A DNA stretch of 63,083 nucleotides, the filler included, from Choristocarpus tenellus KU-1152 (taxonomy: Eukaryota; Protista; Phaeophyceae): assembly GCA_964200185.2 (NCBI GenBank). It is 13 parts of 13 records of this genome, joined end to end, with 100 filler letters (N's around TTAATTAATTAA, not from the genome) between each part and the next. Parts side by side here need not be neighbours in the genome. Positions count along the whole stretch, not along the records: positions 51,270 to 59,756 come from CAXNAD020004658.1; positions 59,857 to 63,083 come from CAXNAD020021407.1; 11 more parts are not named here. One strand, written 5' to 3'. A model generated the notes under the pieces. That model saw only the letters and a program-made list of their open reading frames with translations. It made no database searches and was not told the DNA's origin. A program made the translations under genes and the position numbers. This document shows, piece by piece, positions 51,625 to 63,083 of the stretch; within the stretch, counting starts at the first letter, position 1, and every line of letters begins with the position of its first letter.

Positions 51625-54600
51625 TCACAAGCCATCTTCCTCATCAAATTGGTCTGAAGCAGCCTTGTGTCGCTTCCCTGGCGGACCACCAGTAGAATTG
51701 AAATCCCTTGCCGCCTTTTCTCTCAGAGTGTCGAGGTCTTCATTGTCCTCGGCCCACTCCAACACTAGGTGGCGGCCGTATAGGTGTGTCCTTGACAAGG
51801 AGTTATATGCATTGAGTGCCTCCTATATTTTTAGGAAGAGAAGTATGGTTTGCAGTGTACAACAGACATGAGGCTTTGGCTAAAATGCGATTCAGTCACC
51901 AATGAAGAGGCATCGTAACACAAAAACAAGGGGATTACAACATGGATGATATATGATACACATAGGTAACGTAAATATCACTGCTGTAAATATCAACACA
52001 AAGGATAGTTATATCGATAGTGCTGTTGTCCCAATAATAGTGTCATTAGCGGTTGAACTTTGTTACAACAGGTATAGGCGACAATATAGTACTTAGTATT
52101 AATAGTATTACACTCGTTTCATTTTCCTTTCAAAGGTATCACCACAGTAGTACTATTATTATTCTAATAGTACATTTGCATATCATACCTCATGTGCACT
52201 ACTCCTCAAGGACATGTCTTCAACAAGGAGATAGGGTCAGCAAGAGTGATGGGTCATGGGGTGAAGGACAATCACAACTGGGTAAAGATCCAACTTCAAA
52301 GTGTGACACAACTACGCAAGCTCTACTTGTCCCATACGCATAGAAGAACAATAATACACGTGAAGGTACACACTTAAGGGACACATCTCCCACACAGAAG
52401 CAGCAGTTAATTCTAAAAAATCTCAACCGAAATTGGACAAAAAGAGCAGAGAATCATATATAACAATATTTTGGAGTGGTTAGGCTATTAATAACACAAC
52501 AGATTAACCAATTCCAGCAACTCAAACATACCACAATCTTGGGCTTTGGCAAAGAACTGCATTGTGTGGCTATCCCCCAGAAAAGTAAGTGCTTTCAAAA
52601 CAAGAAACCCCTAAGTTGCAAACCTATCATTGCAGATTGATCCACAAAGTAATAAAATTATTACACTATACGGCACACTCAACATTTATGTTTCTACCCT
52701 ATTAATACCATAATCAAATAGTCAAAGGCGATCTTACCTGAGCAGTAAGGAAATCAACAAAGGCAAATCCTCGGTGTCCTCCATCAAACTTCTTAGGCAT
52801 GCGCAATCTCCTGAGCTGTCCAAAGCTTGAGAACAGCTCCCTCAGTTCCCTGGCAGTAGCCTAACAAGGAGTCGGTTTGTGCTGAACCCAGTCAATGGTC
52901 TGCTTGTGAATGTCATATATATATACTAGTGTATTAAAACCAACTCATCCAGTGTTCACAAAATTCTCCATTTCACATCAAAGACAATCATATCATGGAA
53001 TGAAAGTCACAACCATTTGACTATCGCCTTGCATTGTAGAGGACATCAAGAACATGTCAAACTATTCTCACCATCAAATTAAAATGTGTATCTTCCACAA
53101 CTAGAACTAAATTAGATTGCTCACCAAGACAGTCTTTCCTCAACACCATGGTCAGCATACTACTCCAATGTAATAGGCACACAAAAGCATCATACTAGGA
53201 GCAAATATTAACATGCCATCCATGTCAAGCAAAGCGGACTAACCCTAACCAAATAAACATGTTCATCCAATGCCGACTACCTACACCCCAGTGTAACAAC
53301 CAGCTCTCCTGTTCTAATGATTAATAGCATCCCACAACAAAAATAAACAAACACAAATCTGTTCTGAGATATAGACCATGGTACTCTAAACGTTTTGCCC
53401 ATCCACAAGATGAAAAATTCGATGGCCTTTTCTGTTTCAAAGCGCAATCAAGGACAACATCACCAAGGTTGCTCTGCAAAATAATAATAATAATAATAAT
53501 AACAACAACAGTGTAATAAGATCCTTGCAATATTGACCAAAAGGGGTCTACTATTGTTTTGAGATGCCCGAGATGGGGGATATGTAGGGGCAGAGGTTAA
53601 TTCATGATATACTCAGACATGAACACACCAACACAAGTAAATACTTGCAACGGACAGAATCAATGTCATAGTCATATAACATAAATTACATGGCAGTGAC
53701 ATACTCCTAAGAATATAGCTTCAACAGGAATTTCTCCTTGTATTTCACCTGGAATGCAACATTTCTAACAATAAGCTTAGAGCTCTTCTTGTCCCCATCA
53801 GCACCACCTCCACCTGCTCCAGTGCTCAACTTGGTGAGGCGTTTGCTAGAGTGCTTTAGCTGGAGAGCATGGCCGTCTAGAACCACACCCTGAAGAGCCT
53901 GTCACCATTTTCAATAAATAAAAAAATATTGAAAAATAAATACATGTGAGGGATCAGAATCATGTCAAGGCCTGAGGCATGTCAAGATACAAACATGACC
54001 ATGTCTATTGTACGGAACTTTGGCACCATCTCCTTAATGTTAAGAATGGACTTTTTTAGTCAAATCTGTGCAAAGAATATTTGTATTCATTAATTTCTGA
54101 ATTCATATTTTGCTATAATTCCTGAAAATTAATTTTATGTTTTCAAGTCTTTACAATTGAGGTAAATATGAGGTTTAGTTTTTTTTATATTACACTTTTT
54201 ATAGCAAGCTTCCAATATATAAAAAAGCTTTTCTCCGCATACGATATGTGCTTTTGCTTTTTTTTTTTGCTCCAGAATCTCTTTTTATAACTCCATCTTA
54301 ATTTTTTTTTTTATTTTAACGTNNNNNNNNNNTTTTTATTTTTTTTTAAATTAAATTTTTTATTTCAAGTTTTTAATATTTAAAAAAGCTTTGCTCTGCA
54401 TACGATATGTGCTTTTGCTTTTTTTTTTGCTCCAGAATCTCTTTTTATAACTCCATCTTAATTTTTTTTTTAATTGCAACGTAAATTCCTCCCAACTCTG
54501 ACAACCAACCAAGCCTACAAAATACCAAATGGCATCATTCAGAGTAGAGAGTAAGTAAAGACCTGGGAGTCAACAAGCAAGAGAAAAATTACACGTGTTT

Positions 54601-55620
54601 CTGAAGGAGACAGCACATACCTCCTCACATATTACTATGACCTCATATTGACCATACAAAAACAAAAACAGCTATGCAAAAAAGGCACTCTAATAATGTA
54701 TGTAAAAACAACAATAGCAAAACACTTCACTGGGCCGGGCATGCGCTGTGAATGAAAGACACAATCACCAAAAACTTCCAAAAAGACACACTATGTGATG
54801 ACCTGCACAGGACCTCTTGCACACAAAAAGTCACCTTGATTGCCCTGTCTGCAACAGCAGCTTCCCTGCACTCCACAAACCCAAACCCCATGCTGAGTAA
54901 GGCCTCTTTCCCCCCCTTACCCTTCTTGTGCGGAATGGAGACTGCCCTGATCTCAATCCCAGCCCTTTGAAAGCACAACTTAAGGCCTGCCTCGGTGGTG
55001 TCAAATGAGAGGTTTTTGATGTAGAGGGTACAAGGCTCCTCTGTCACCTTCCCTGCTTCCATCTCATCCTGGTCAACCTTCAAAAGGGAAAAATAAAAGG
55101 GAGTCGAGGGACATCATTTGGCACTTCAAAATACTCCTGATAGTAGCGGACATAAAACTGGCATCAACACGTGTGTAGATGAATTCTATTGTACCATATT
55201 CAGTATGAATTCGCACAACAAACGTTCCAAGACTTGGAAACCGGCATGGTAAAAAGTATATAGAGTATATAGAGGAGATCACCGTGTAAAAATAAACAAG
55301 AAAAAAAAATAGTAACAGGAACAACAGCGATAAAACGTGTGCATGGCAGTGGCAAGGATACTTCCCCATAAACACGAGTCAACTTCATTCAAATAAATCA
55401 CCGGACCGCTCAATAATGATTTCATGCCATGGATCCGAGTTGTATGTATGTGTGTGTGTTACCTACACATACATACATACTTATGATCGTTGATGCATGA
55501 CAATACAGTTTAACAATACAGTTTAACAATACAATATGATTAGTCCGTTGTCATAAAGAGTGAGAACTGGTTTGCAGTTTGCACACAAGCACAAAGATCA
55601 CTCAATACACTGTCTGGCAT

Positions 55621-55655
<35 letters not shown>

Positions 55656-58600
55656 CCGAATATTGCAGAGGCAAAAAAAAACTCCAACCTGTATGTTTAT
55701 TATCACTGACAATATCAATATAAAGTATAATTGTCTCATTAATTGGGTATGGTATGCATTGAGGCCCTACAAGTATGTACTGTGCTGCCACAAAGCAATG
55801 CTTATCCAATTAAAAAAAAGGCCTATGAAATGAGAACAAGAGTGCCCAGATGAAATTGAATCCTTTACACAATCAATGACAAATGGCATGTCCTGCCACC
55901 CAGCTAGGCACTATGGTTATTGGATGAGGAGTTGTAGGTCCAATCACCTATTCATCTGGACGCGATTCACACCTACAAAGGCGTGAATTCTAGAAGGTGG
56001 TTTTGTTCTTGGAACATGTGAGTTGTACGTCACACCAATAACGAGTCACACATCATTCATCAAAAAGCACTGATACACAGTATCACTTGAACATGTTCAG
56101 ATGATTTGAAAGAAGTAGCATGCAGTTTACATGTCTTATTCAACTCTTTCTGGAGCTCATGAGCTTTGGGATACGAATGGGGTTTGCTTTTTCCTACCCT
56201 GCTGACCTGTGGCAAACCATTCGAGGTAACAACTCCCTGAATGGTCCTTGGTGCATACATGAAAGGTAACCATGGTTGAGCCAAGGCAAGATACAACCTA
56301 TCAATAAAGCAGCAACATAATAACAACAAAAACATCCTTCTAAGTGTACATAGTACAAGGCTGATATGTCAGTATCTTCAATTTTCAAATATCTGATAGA
56401 ACTATTAATACCTCAAGAGCACACACAAAACGCCCTCTAAATACTATCAACACTACTTATTTTAATCTTTTTTTTTTTAAACGTTACATTAGTATGCAAT
56501 CCTTTTCCAGTACAGGCACTACAAGCAACAAGCAGAGATCAGAGTACACCCCTTCCAATCATACCCAATAATGTATTAATATGAACACACTATTTCAGTT
56601 GTCCATAGGTATACTCATTGTGGTGTACTTAGGAATGTGAAGAAGTTATTGTCTTGAGGGCAAACACAGAGCATGTAGGTGTGATGCAACAGCACCTCAA
56701 GTTCAATCAATACCAAACTGCAGGCTCAAAGTATCTGGGGGGGGAGAGGAGGTCTACACCAGGGTGTCCATTTAGGTCAAAATCAGGAAAAGTGCACTTA
56801 CATTATCCATCCGACACATGCAACCAAATCACACAAAAATTGTGACAGGGAAAAATGGGCCTCAAATGGACAGCTGCCACCCCCCCATATACTTTGAGCC
56901 TGCATCACATGTCCATTACTACTATTCTTGGTCTACACCAACTCCACACTGTATTAATAGGAGATCATAATCAACACGCCTACCAAGTATACAAAACAGT
57001 CAATACTAACAAAATGATAGAATAGATAAGTGTGGCACCTTGTGAGTACAGACAACAAAACTGTCGCCACCATAGAACCAACACATACCATTCTTTAAAA
57101 AGTGAAAAGGAGAGGCCCCTCCCAGTACCATACACCATAACTTTATGCATCATCTGAGACACACGACAAAGGCGCTATCACACAACATAGTCCACACCCT
57201 TGCAAACTACAACTTGAGGCTACAACACAAGCACCTACCTCTTAAGAACAACACAAGACATGCATACCTTGGTATCAGCAGTGTGTACAGCATCTACCCC
57301 CCCCTCAGGTGTTGCCAATGTAGCAGCTGTCTGTGCTTGTTTGTATGTCCCACTGAACGCCTACGATAAAGTGTCAAAAAAGGGTACCAGAAGTCAGGAT
57401 GGTAGATGGGGGTCATCCCTGGCAGCTCCAAATTCCTATAGCTATTATAATACCAGTAGCCTGAAGGGTGGGCTATCGGTGTACTCTCTCCTCTAATTTT
57501 TCATTTCTTCAATTTTCAACCTGCCAGGTGTCCAAAACAGCAATGACCTCAAAGTGTACCAATGCATGCGCCATTAACATCAGCAAATGTCAACTATTCA
57601 TGTAACACGTTTGGGTCATTTACTATCACACTGGGATCATCCATGTCTATTCACATCAAATTCTTGTAGTGTCCCGGGTTGTCAGTCCCAAAAATTCCTG
57701 CTACACATCAAAGAGCAATTAGTAGTACCACTATAACATGTAAGGATAACAATATAACTAGAGGGCATAATAATAAAATACATATGTAACTACATCTGTA
57801 CGAGTTTTTCTGGCAAAGAAACCTAACTAATCAAAACAAAAATAGGAAACAAAACACTACTACTACTACTTAGAATGCATTTACACATTGAGGCCTGTTG
57901 AGTGCTATCCATGCCAAGGGCACCTCAACAGTATCCCGAACAAAAATGATCGAGACCTGGTGTTACTTTACTCTCCTCCAGCAACACAACTATCCCTTTG
58001 AACAAAATACAACTACCTTTCCACAAATACATAGTATTAATACTATACTTCCACACACCCAGTCTTTGATGTCATTATCCCTTCAGGTACTACATCAGTA
58101 AACATTCATGTACCTAGAAAAAGAGCATCTTCAGTTCATTCCCTTGTTCCGTTCCCCTTAACAAACGTTTGTATCACAGCAACAATGATAACATGGAAGG
58201 CCCCAACGCCATTCTAAATACATTTTCTACATCAATTTTCTATTTAAAAATCAACATCAAAATAATAAAACAAACGAAGTTATAAATCAATCGCCACAAC
58301 TCTATTACAACTAGACAAAAGTAAATAAACGAAGGCTTGGCTCTAGAAATAAGTCAGTGAAATAACAGTCTATCTATCAACTGGCCAGAAAAAATGTTCC
58401 AAAAATCGAAATTTGTAATAGAATCCTGCTGCATGTATCTCAATTAATAATATAAAAAAAAATTATTAAAAAATCCACAACAGAGATAAAATGCAATGCT
58501 TAAATGCCACATACCTTGACTGGAGCCCACTCTAGATAGAGTGGTACATGCTGGAATCGCTTGTAGGCAAGGCGCTTGAATGCTTTCCTAGCATCTGATG

Positions 58601-59684
58601 GCACCAAAAACTCTACAAGAGCCACTGCCTTGGAAGGCGGCAGCAGGATGCGCCCCACCTTGTGATGGTGTGTGCCAACCAATGATTAAATTAGTTTTAC
58701 TATTTTAATACTCCATTTATCTAGTGTAAATACACATGATAGTATTTTAGTAGTGTGGTGCAAAGGTCATGCAATGTCATGCGATGTGATGTGATGTGAT
58801 GTTGTGATAACTGCATTATGGAGTAATTGTTTTTATTCTTTAGAGGATACTATAAAAATCGGTTGGTATTGAAGATAATAAAAGTTCAAGACGACATCCA
58901 GGGAAGGATTGACAGGATTGTCAACTACTCAAGGCAAAAACAAAAAAGTCAGGAGAGCATAAACTCCGCAGCACTCACTGCACATGCATACCTACAAAGG
59001 TATCCCTCCCCTTAAGGTAGTAGTGTAAAAATATCAATAGTGCCAGGCGTGCTTTCCTGTCATCTGTAGTTTCTCTGACTTGACAGTGGCATCATATTCA
59101 CATTCACATTCACATCAACAACAGAAATGTTCAAACATGCCATAACCCTGTGTACGAGGAAGTGAAATAAGTAAATAAAAATGTATTATATATATATATA
59201 GAAAGCCTTGCAGAAGAAAAGCACCCTGGAGAAGTGATTAAAAAATAAATAAATATATATATATATATCCAAAAGAAGAACAAACCCATCCATTCTTCAA
59301 GTCGAATCAACATTATGAGACATAAACTGCATCCAAAACTAGACCACTGCAGTGTGTAACGCGAACAACAATCACCATCACAACAGTAAAAAAAAATATG
59401 TCACAAAACAAACCTATTACGTATTTTCTTCTCCTAATATTAAATTAAAAATCTCTCACATCTCCAAAGGCCCCGAACAGCTTTGCCAGATCTGAGGCCT
59501 CTGTGGTGTATGGAAGATTCTTCACAAGGATGACTGTTCCGCTACGCTCTAACCCCTTCCCATTGGTCTTGTTGGTCTTGAGGGACTCCAGCGCTGACAG
59601 GTCTATCCCCTCCTTTTCAAAGTACTCTTTGTTCTCACGGACCAGGTGTGTCTCTCCCAATGCCAACCTCACTGCCATGTCCCC
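51625..59684 (-). CDS. RBM19: Multiple-RRM ribosome biogenesis protein RBM19/Mrd1, 3' half
   Basis: Phase-0 exons 59684-59460 ([20 protein letters not shown]), 58658-58515 ([30 protein letters not shown]), 57360-57268, 56236-56207 (uncertain), 55077-54835 ([21 protein letters not shown]), 53898-53749 ([19 protein letters not shown]), 52860-52738 ([19 protein letters not shown]), 51822-51625 ([13 protein letters not shown]..stop). Confidence 0.97.
56723..56900 (+). mobile_element. MITE family 2, intact 178-bp copy with 4-bp TSD in RBM19 intron
   Basis: TGCA|GGCTCAAAGTATCTGGGGGG ... CCCCCCATATACTTTGAGCC|TGCA. Confidence 0.92.
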
Positions 59685-60269
59685 CTGCGACCACAAGGGT
59701 CACCCGTCGCCATATTGGGCATGTCCATATTTGTCAAGGTTGATGCGTGCAGGTAGNNNNNNNNNNNNNNNNNNNNNNNNNNNNNNNNNNNNNNNNNNNN
59801 TTAATTAATTAANNNNNNNNNNNNNNNNNNNNNNNNNNNNNNNNNNNNNNNNNNNNCCTGTTGTTTGGAACACGTTACGCCTCCCTCGTTGGCCCTTGGT
59901 ATTTTGATATATGCCCCTGTTTTGATGTTTGGTTTGGTCGGTCGATAGCGCTTTTCTTGAAGGAGGTTTCTTGAAGGAGGTGTGGAGCGTTTTGATTTCG
60001 GGAAGAACGACTTCTTATTCCTTACTCCGGTGAACGATCCATCTGATCCCATCTGCCCACAGTACCTGTCTGTGCAGTTCGTCCTGGTGTTATTTCCCAA
60101 TGTGGTCCCCCCTTTGTCCTCAGGTTTTGTACCTCTGTTACGTGTTACGTGTTCCCTGCGTGTTTGTTGTGAGAGTATATATATATGTTTTAATGTTTTA
60201 GTGGTTGATCCCTCTTCCCTCACCCCCTAACCCTAATGTATACTATTTTCTTCTTTTTTGCTGTGTCAG

Positions 60270-60611
60270 ATGCTGTACAAGGACGTGAACGCCTCCATGG
60301 CCATAAAGAACCTTTGCAAGTCTATCGATGCCGTCATCGGCACTACCTGTACTGAGGAAGACTTCAGTCACCCAAGCTGCCCTATTTGTACCAATGGTAA
60401 GCATGGTAGTGGTGCATACACACTGCGTATGTCGGGACTCTTGCCTACATTGCCCCGCTGCATGCTGTGGTAGAGGGGATGTTAGTTTTGGAAAGACTAC
60501 CCCCTTTTGGAGATGTTCTTGGTGATGGTGGTGGTGGTGGTGTTATGGTAGGGATGTTTTAGAGAAGTGGCTGTGGTGAGGGTTGTTGGTTGCTACGAGA
60601 TCTTGTTTATG

Positions 60612-60670
<59 letters not shown>

Positions 60671-62625
60671 AGTTCGAGGTGTTGAGGTGGAAAGAGATGA
60701 GCGTGTTCATTACCTCTGCTTGATTGTTATTTTGAGGGTGTTTTGTTTTAAGGGGATGTTTTTCCCCATTTTGCTTGATGTGTGTACTGTTGAATCTTGT
60801 TATGTACCCCCTCATGAATATTTGATCTCAGTATGATACCGGTGCATGTTTTCTCGGAATTTATATTATTATTATTATTATTATTATTATTTTATTTTAT
60901 TTTATTTTATTTTTAATGACGTTAGTAGTACGCGGTACACAATGGAAACTGTGCATCACTCTCATCTCAAAACATAAAAATAAATATATAAATATATATT
61001 TTTCGGATGTGTGTGTTATTTGTTGATTGAAGAGGACTATGTGTACGATATCTCGGAGTGTAACCCCAGCAACCAGCGGATTAGCATCACCTTCAACCGG
61101 GCTGAGGACTCTGAGTGCAACGGTGGGGTCGTCTTGCCATCGGGTACAAGGTAAGACTCCATTTATTTTTTTTAGTTGTGAGGGCCGTTGGATGAGTGAG
61201 GGGAAATTTGTTGAAGAGATGGATGGATGGGAGGGAGGGTTATATTGCCAATGCTGTGTTTTGCACCAGGAAGTATAGTGTAGACGTCCTCTCCTCTTTC
61301 TCCTTCAGAGTGTGTGTGTTTTGTGTTTTGTGCTTTGCACCGCCATGGTTCAGATTAGTGCTTCAGATTAATGTCAGCACTCAACCTACTCCTCTCTATA
61401 TGGTACTTTTAACCTCGTGGTTGTGTTTGGAGTCAAATTAGCTGGGAGGGGGGTGGGTGTCTGCGAGTGGGGGCTCCTTTACTTCAACTTCGTAGTGGCA
61501 CATATATTTTGGAGTATGCGGTTCATGTGTGTGTATGTGTACGTGCTTGTGGGTACATTTGCTTTTCAGAAGCAAAATCAATAGCAATCTATCCTTTGTA
61601 CTGATACCCCTTTAAAAAAAATCTCTCATCTTCATAAAAGGAATCTGAAGTATCTTGCAAGAGTCAGTATGTCCAAGATGTACACCCCTTTCACAATTGT
61701 TCCTTTGAATCATTATCTTCGTTATTTTTTTTATGGTCGCCGAGGAAGATCATATCTCACTGGGATAATGGTCCCTGGCAATTTTTTTAATTTTTTTTGT
61801 GAACCCTTCATTGTGCTTTTTTGTAGGGGTGGTAGTGGGAATGGTATAAACTAAATGAGTCATCCTGTCACCAGAACTATACAGCTACCTTTGCTTATCT
61901 TTTGAAATTTATCCTGCCCACATGTAACAAGTCTAAATAACAAACTGGAGACTTTTCATGGAAGTCTAAATAACAAACTGGAAAATTTTCATGGAAGTCT
62001 AAATAACAAACTGGAAACTTTTCATGGAAGTCTAAATAAAAAACTGGAAACTTTTCATGAGATTCTAAATAACAAACTGGAAACATTCGCCCCGGATTGC
62101 GTCCATATCACCTTGTATTCTTAGCCTCACTCAACTCCATACTTTGCACTCCACGCATTGCTAACTATCACTACTGTAGGACCCCACTGCCTTGAGTCCT
62201 TTATTATGTATAGATGTCATTTGTCATATGTCGTTTCACAAGCTCTACTCTCCCTTGTTCATGTCCCCCCCCCCCCCCCTATTTTTTTTTCTTTTCATTA
62301 TAACCTTTTTTTTCTTTAAACCAATTTTGTATTTTCTGTGATCATGTTTNNNNNNNNNNTTTTTTTTTTTAGTTTTTTTTTCTTTTTTTTGTTTTTCCAA
62401 TCCTCCTTCCCCCTTTTTTTTTCCCCCCCCCCCCCCCCCCCCTTATTTTTTTTTCTCTGCATTATACCCTTTTTTGTCTTCAACACGATTTAGTATTCCC
62501 TGTGATCATGTTGAGGCAATGTCCAAGTTTGGCATCATCATCATGGTCATTTCCTCACTGGGGGGACTGATGGGGATTGTTGCTGCATGCCTAGTGTTTG
62601 CCTGGCAAAAGCGGGACATCATCAG
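60270..62625 (+). CDS. Fragment of a class C-like (7tm_3/GABA-B-type) GPCR: Cys-rich linker and TM1
   Basis: In-phase exons 60270-60396, 61033-61150, 62494-62625 give ...CPICTNEDYVYDISECNPSNQRISITFNRAEDSECNGGVVLPSGTSIPCDHVEAMSKFGIIIMVISSLGGLMGIVAACLVFAWQKRDIIR; TM helix followed by a basic 'KR.II(R)' loop as in class C TM1-ICL1. Only one TM lies in the window. Confidence 0.6.
61929..62085 (+). repeat. 33-bp tandem repeat x~4.7 in intron
   Basis: AAGTCTAAATAACAAACTGGAAACTTTTCATGG unit. Confidence 0.95.
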
Positions 62626-63083
62626 GTGCTCAGGAGGGTTGGGGGAGGGGTGGGGGGGGTGCCACTATGATTGATGGGAGTTGGGGGAGGGAGGGTATAA
62701 TGTATATGTTGTGTTCTTCATTGCAGTCATGCACTGGTATCCCAGTGGTATGTAAGGGGCTTACATTGTGTGTGTTCTATGTCGTCATCAAGATCACAAG
62801 ATGCAGTCGTTTTTCGTTGATCATCTAAGAGGAGTCAAACACCCAAAGAATTTGTTGAGGAAGAGACACTTGATTGTGTAGAATCAGCTGTTTTGACATA
62901 TGAGATGGAGTTTCGTGATGTTTTTCTGTTTTGACATATCAGGGGGTTTAGGTGCCTAGTGCAAGCATGACTTTAGCGTAGGAGACATGTGAGTTGAGGT
63001 GGGGGGGGGGGGGGGGGGGGGAGAAGAGAAAAAAATTTTAGTTTTTGCTTTTTGTGTTTTTTCTGTAGTTTCTATTATCAGCT

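Noticed and set aside
54219-54482. ~100-bp direct repeat flanking a 10-N gap (similar case around 62265-62470)
   Set aside because: Typical scaffolding overlap artefact at homopolymer-rich gaps.
13055-59856. Regularly recurring TTAATTAATTAA palindrome
   Set aside because: Always centred in 44+44 Ns; an artificial contig linker, not biology.
19552-62085. CRISPR-like appearance of the 21-, 33-, 39- and 42-bp arrays
   Set aside because: Units are contiguous with no unique spacers, there are no cas genes, and the context is eukaryotic.
105-62625. Protease, APE, ATG11, RBM19 and GPCR as a functional gene cluster
   Set aside because: They lie on separate concatenated contigs; adjacency is not evidence of linkage.

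Overview
This window is not one locus. It is 13 short eukaryotic contigs joined by an artificial 100-nt spacer (44 N + TTAATTAATTAA + 44 N), so nothing across a spacer is physically linked. The DNA is intron-rich, TE-littered and carries many short (TTAGGG)n tracts. A stramenopile/brown-algal-type genome is my guess from style, not something I can prove. By hand-splicing (GT/GC-AG, phases checked) I recover partial genes for: a pepsin-family (A1) aspartic protease whose second catalytic Asp is replaced by Ser; an unknown Cys-rich single-pass membrane protein; a SAP-domain AP endonuclease (ARP/APE1-like); ATG11/RB1CC1; the 3' half of RBM19/MRD1; a class-C-like GPCR fragment; and two unidentified gene fragments. 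Mobile DNA comprises a decayed plant-type (DD39D-like) mariner with both TIRs plus a solo TIR, Ty1/copia, Ty3/gypsy and LINE remnants, and at least 11 whole or partial copies of two related ~180-265 bp MITE families. These share a G(A/G/C)nTCAAAGTATCT-type terminus, and one copy has a perfect 4-bp TSD (Sola2-like). The most interesting signals are the apparently intact pseudo-protease, the MITE pair, an unusually high share of AAG splice acceptors, and pervasive interstitial telomere repeats. There is no CRISPR array, rRNA or convincing tRNA.
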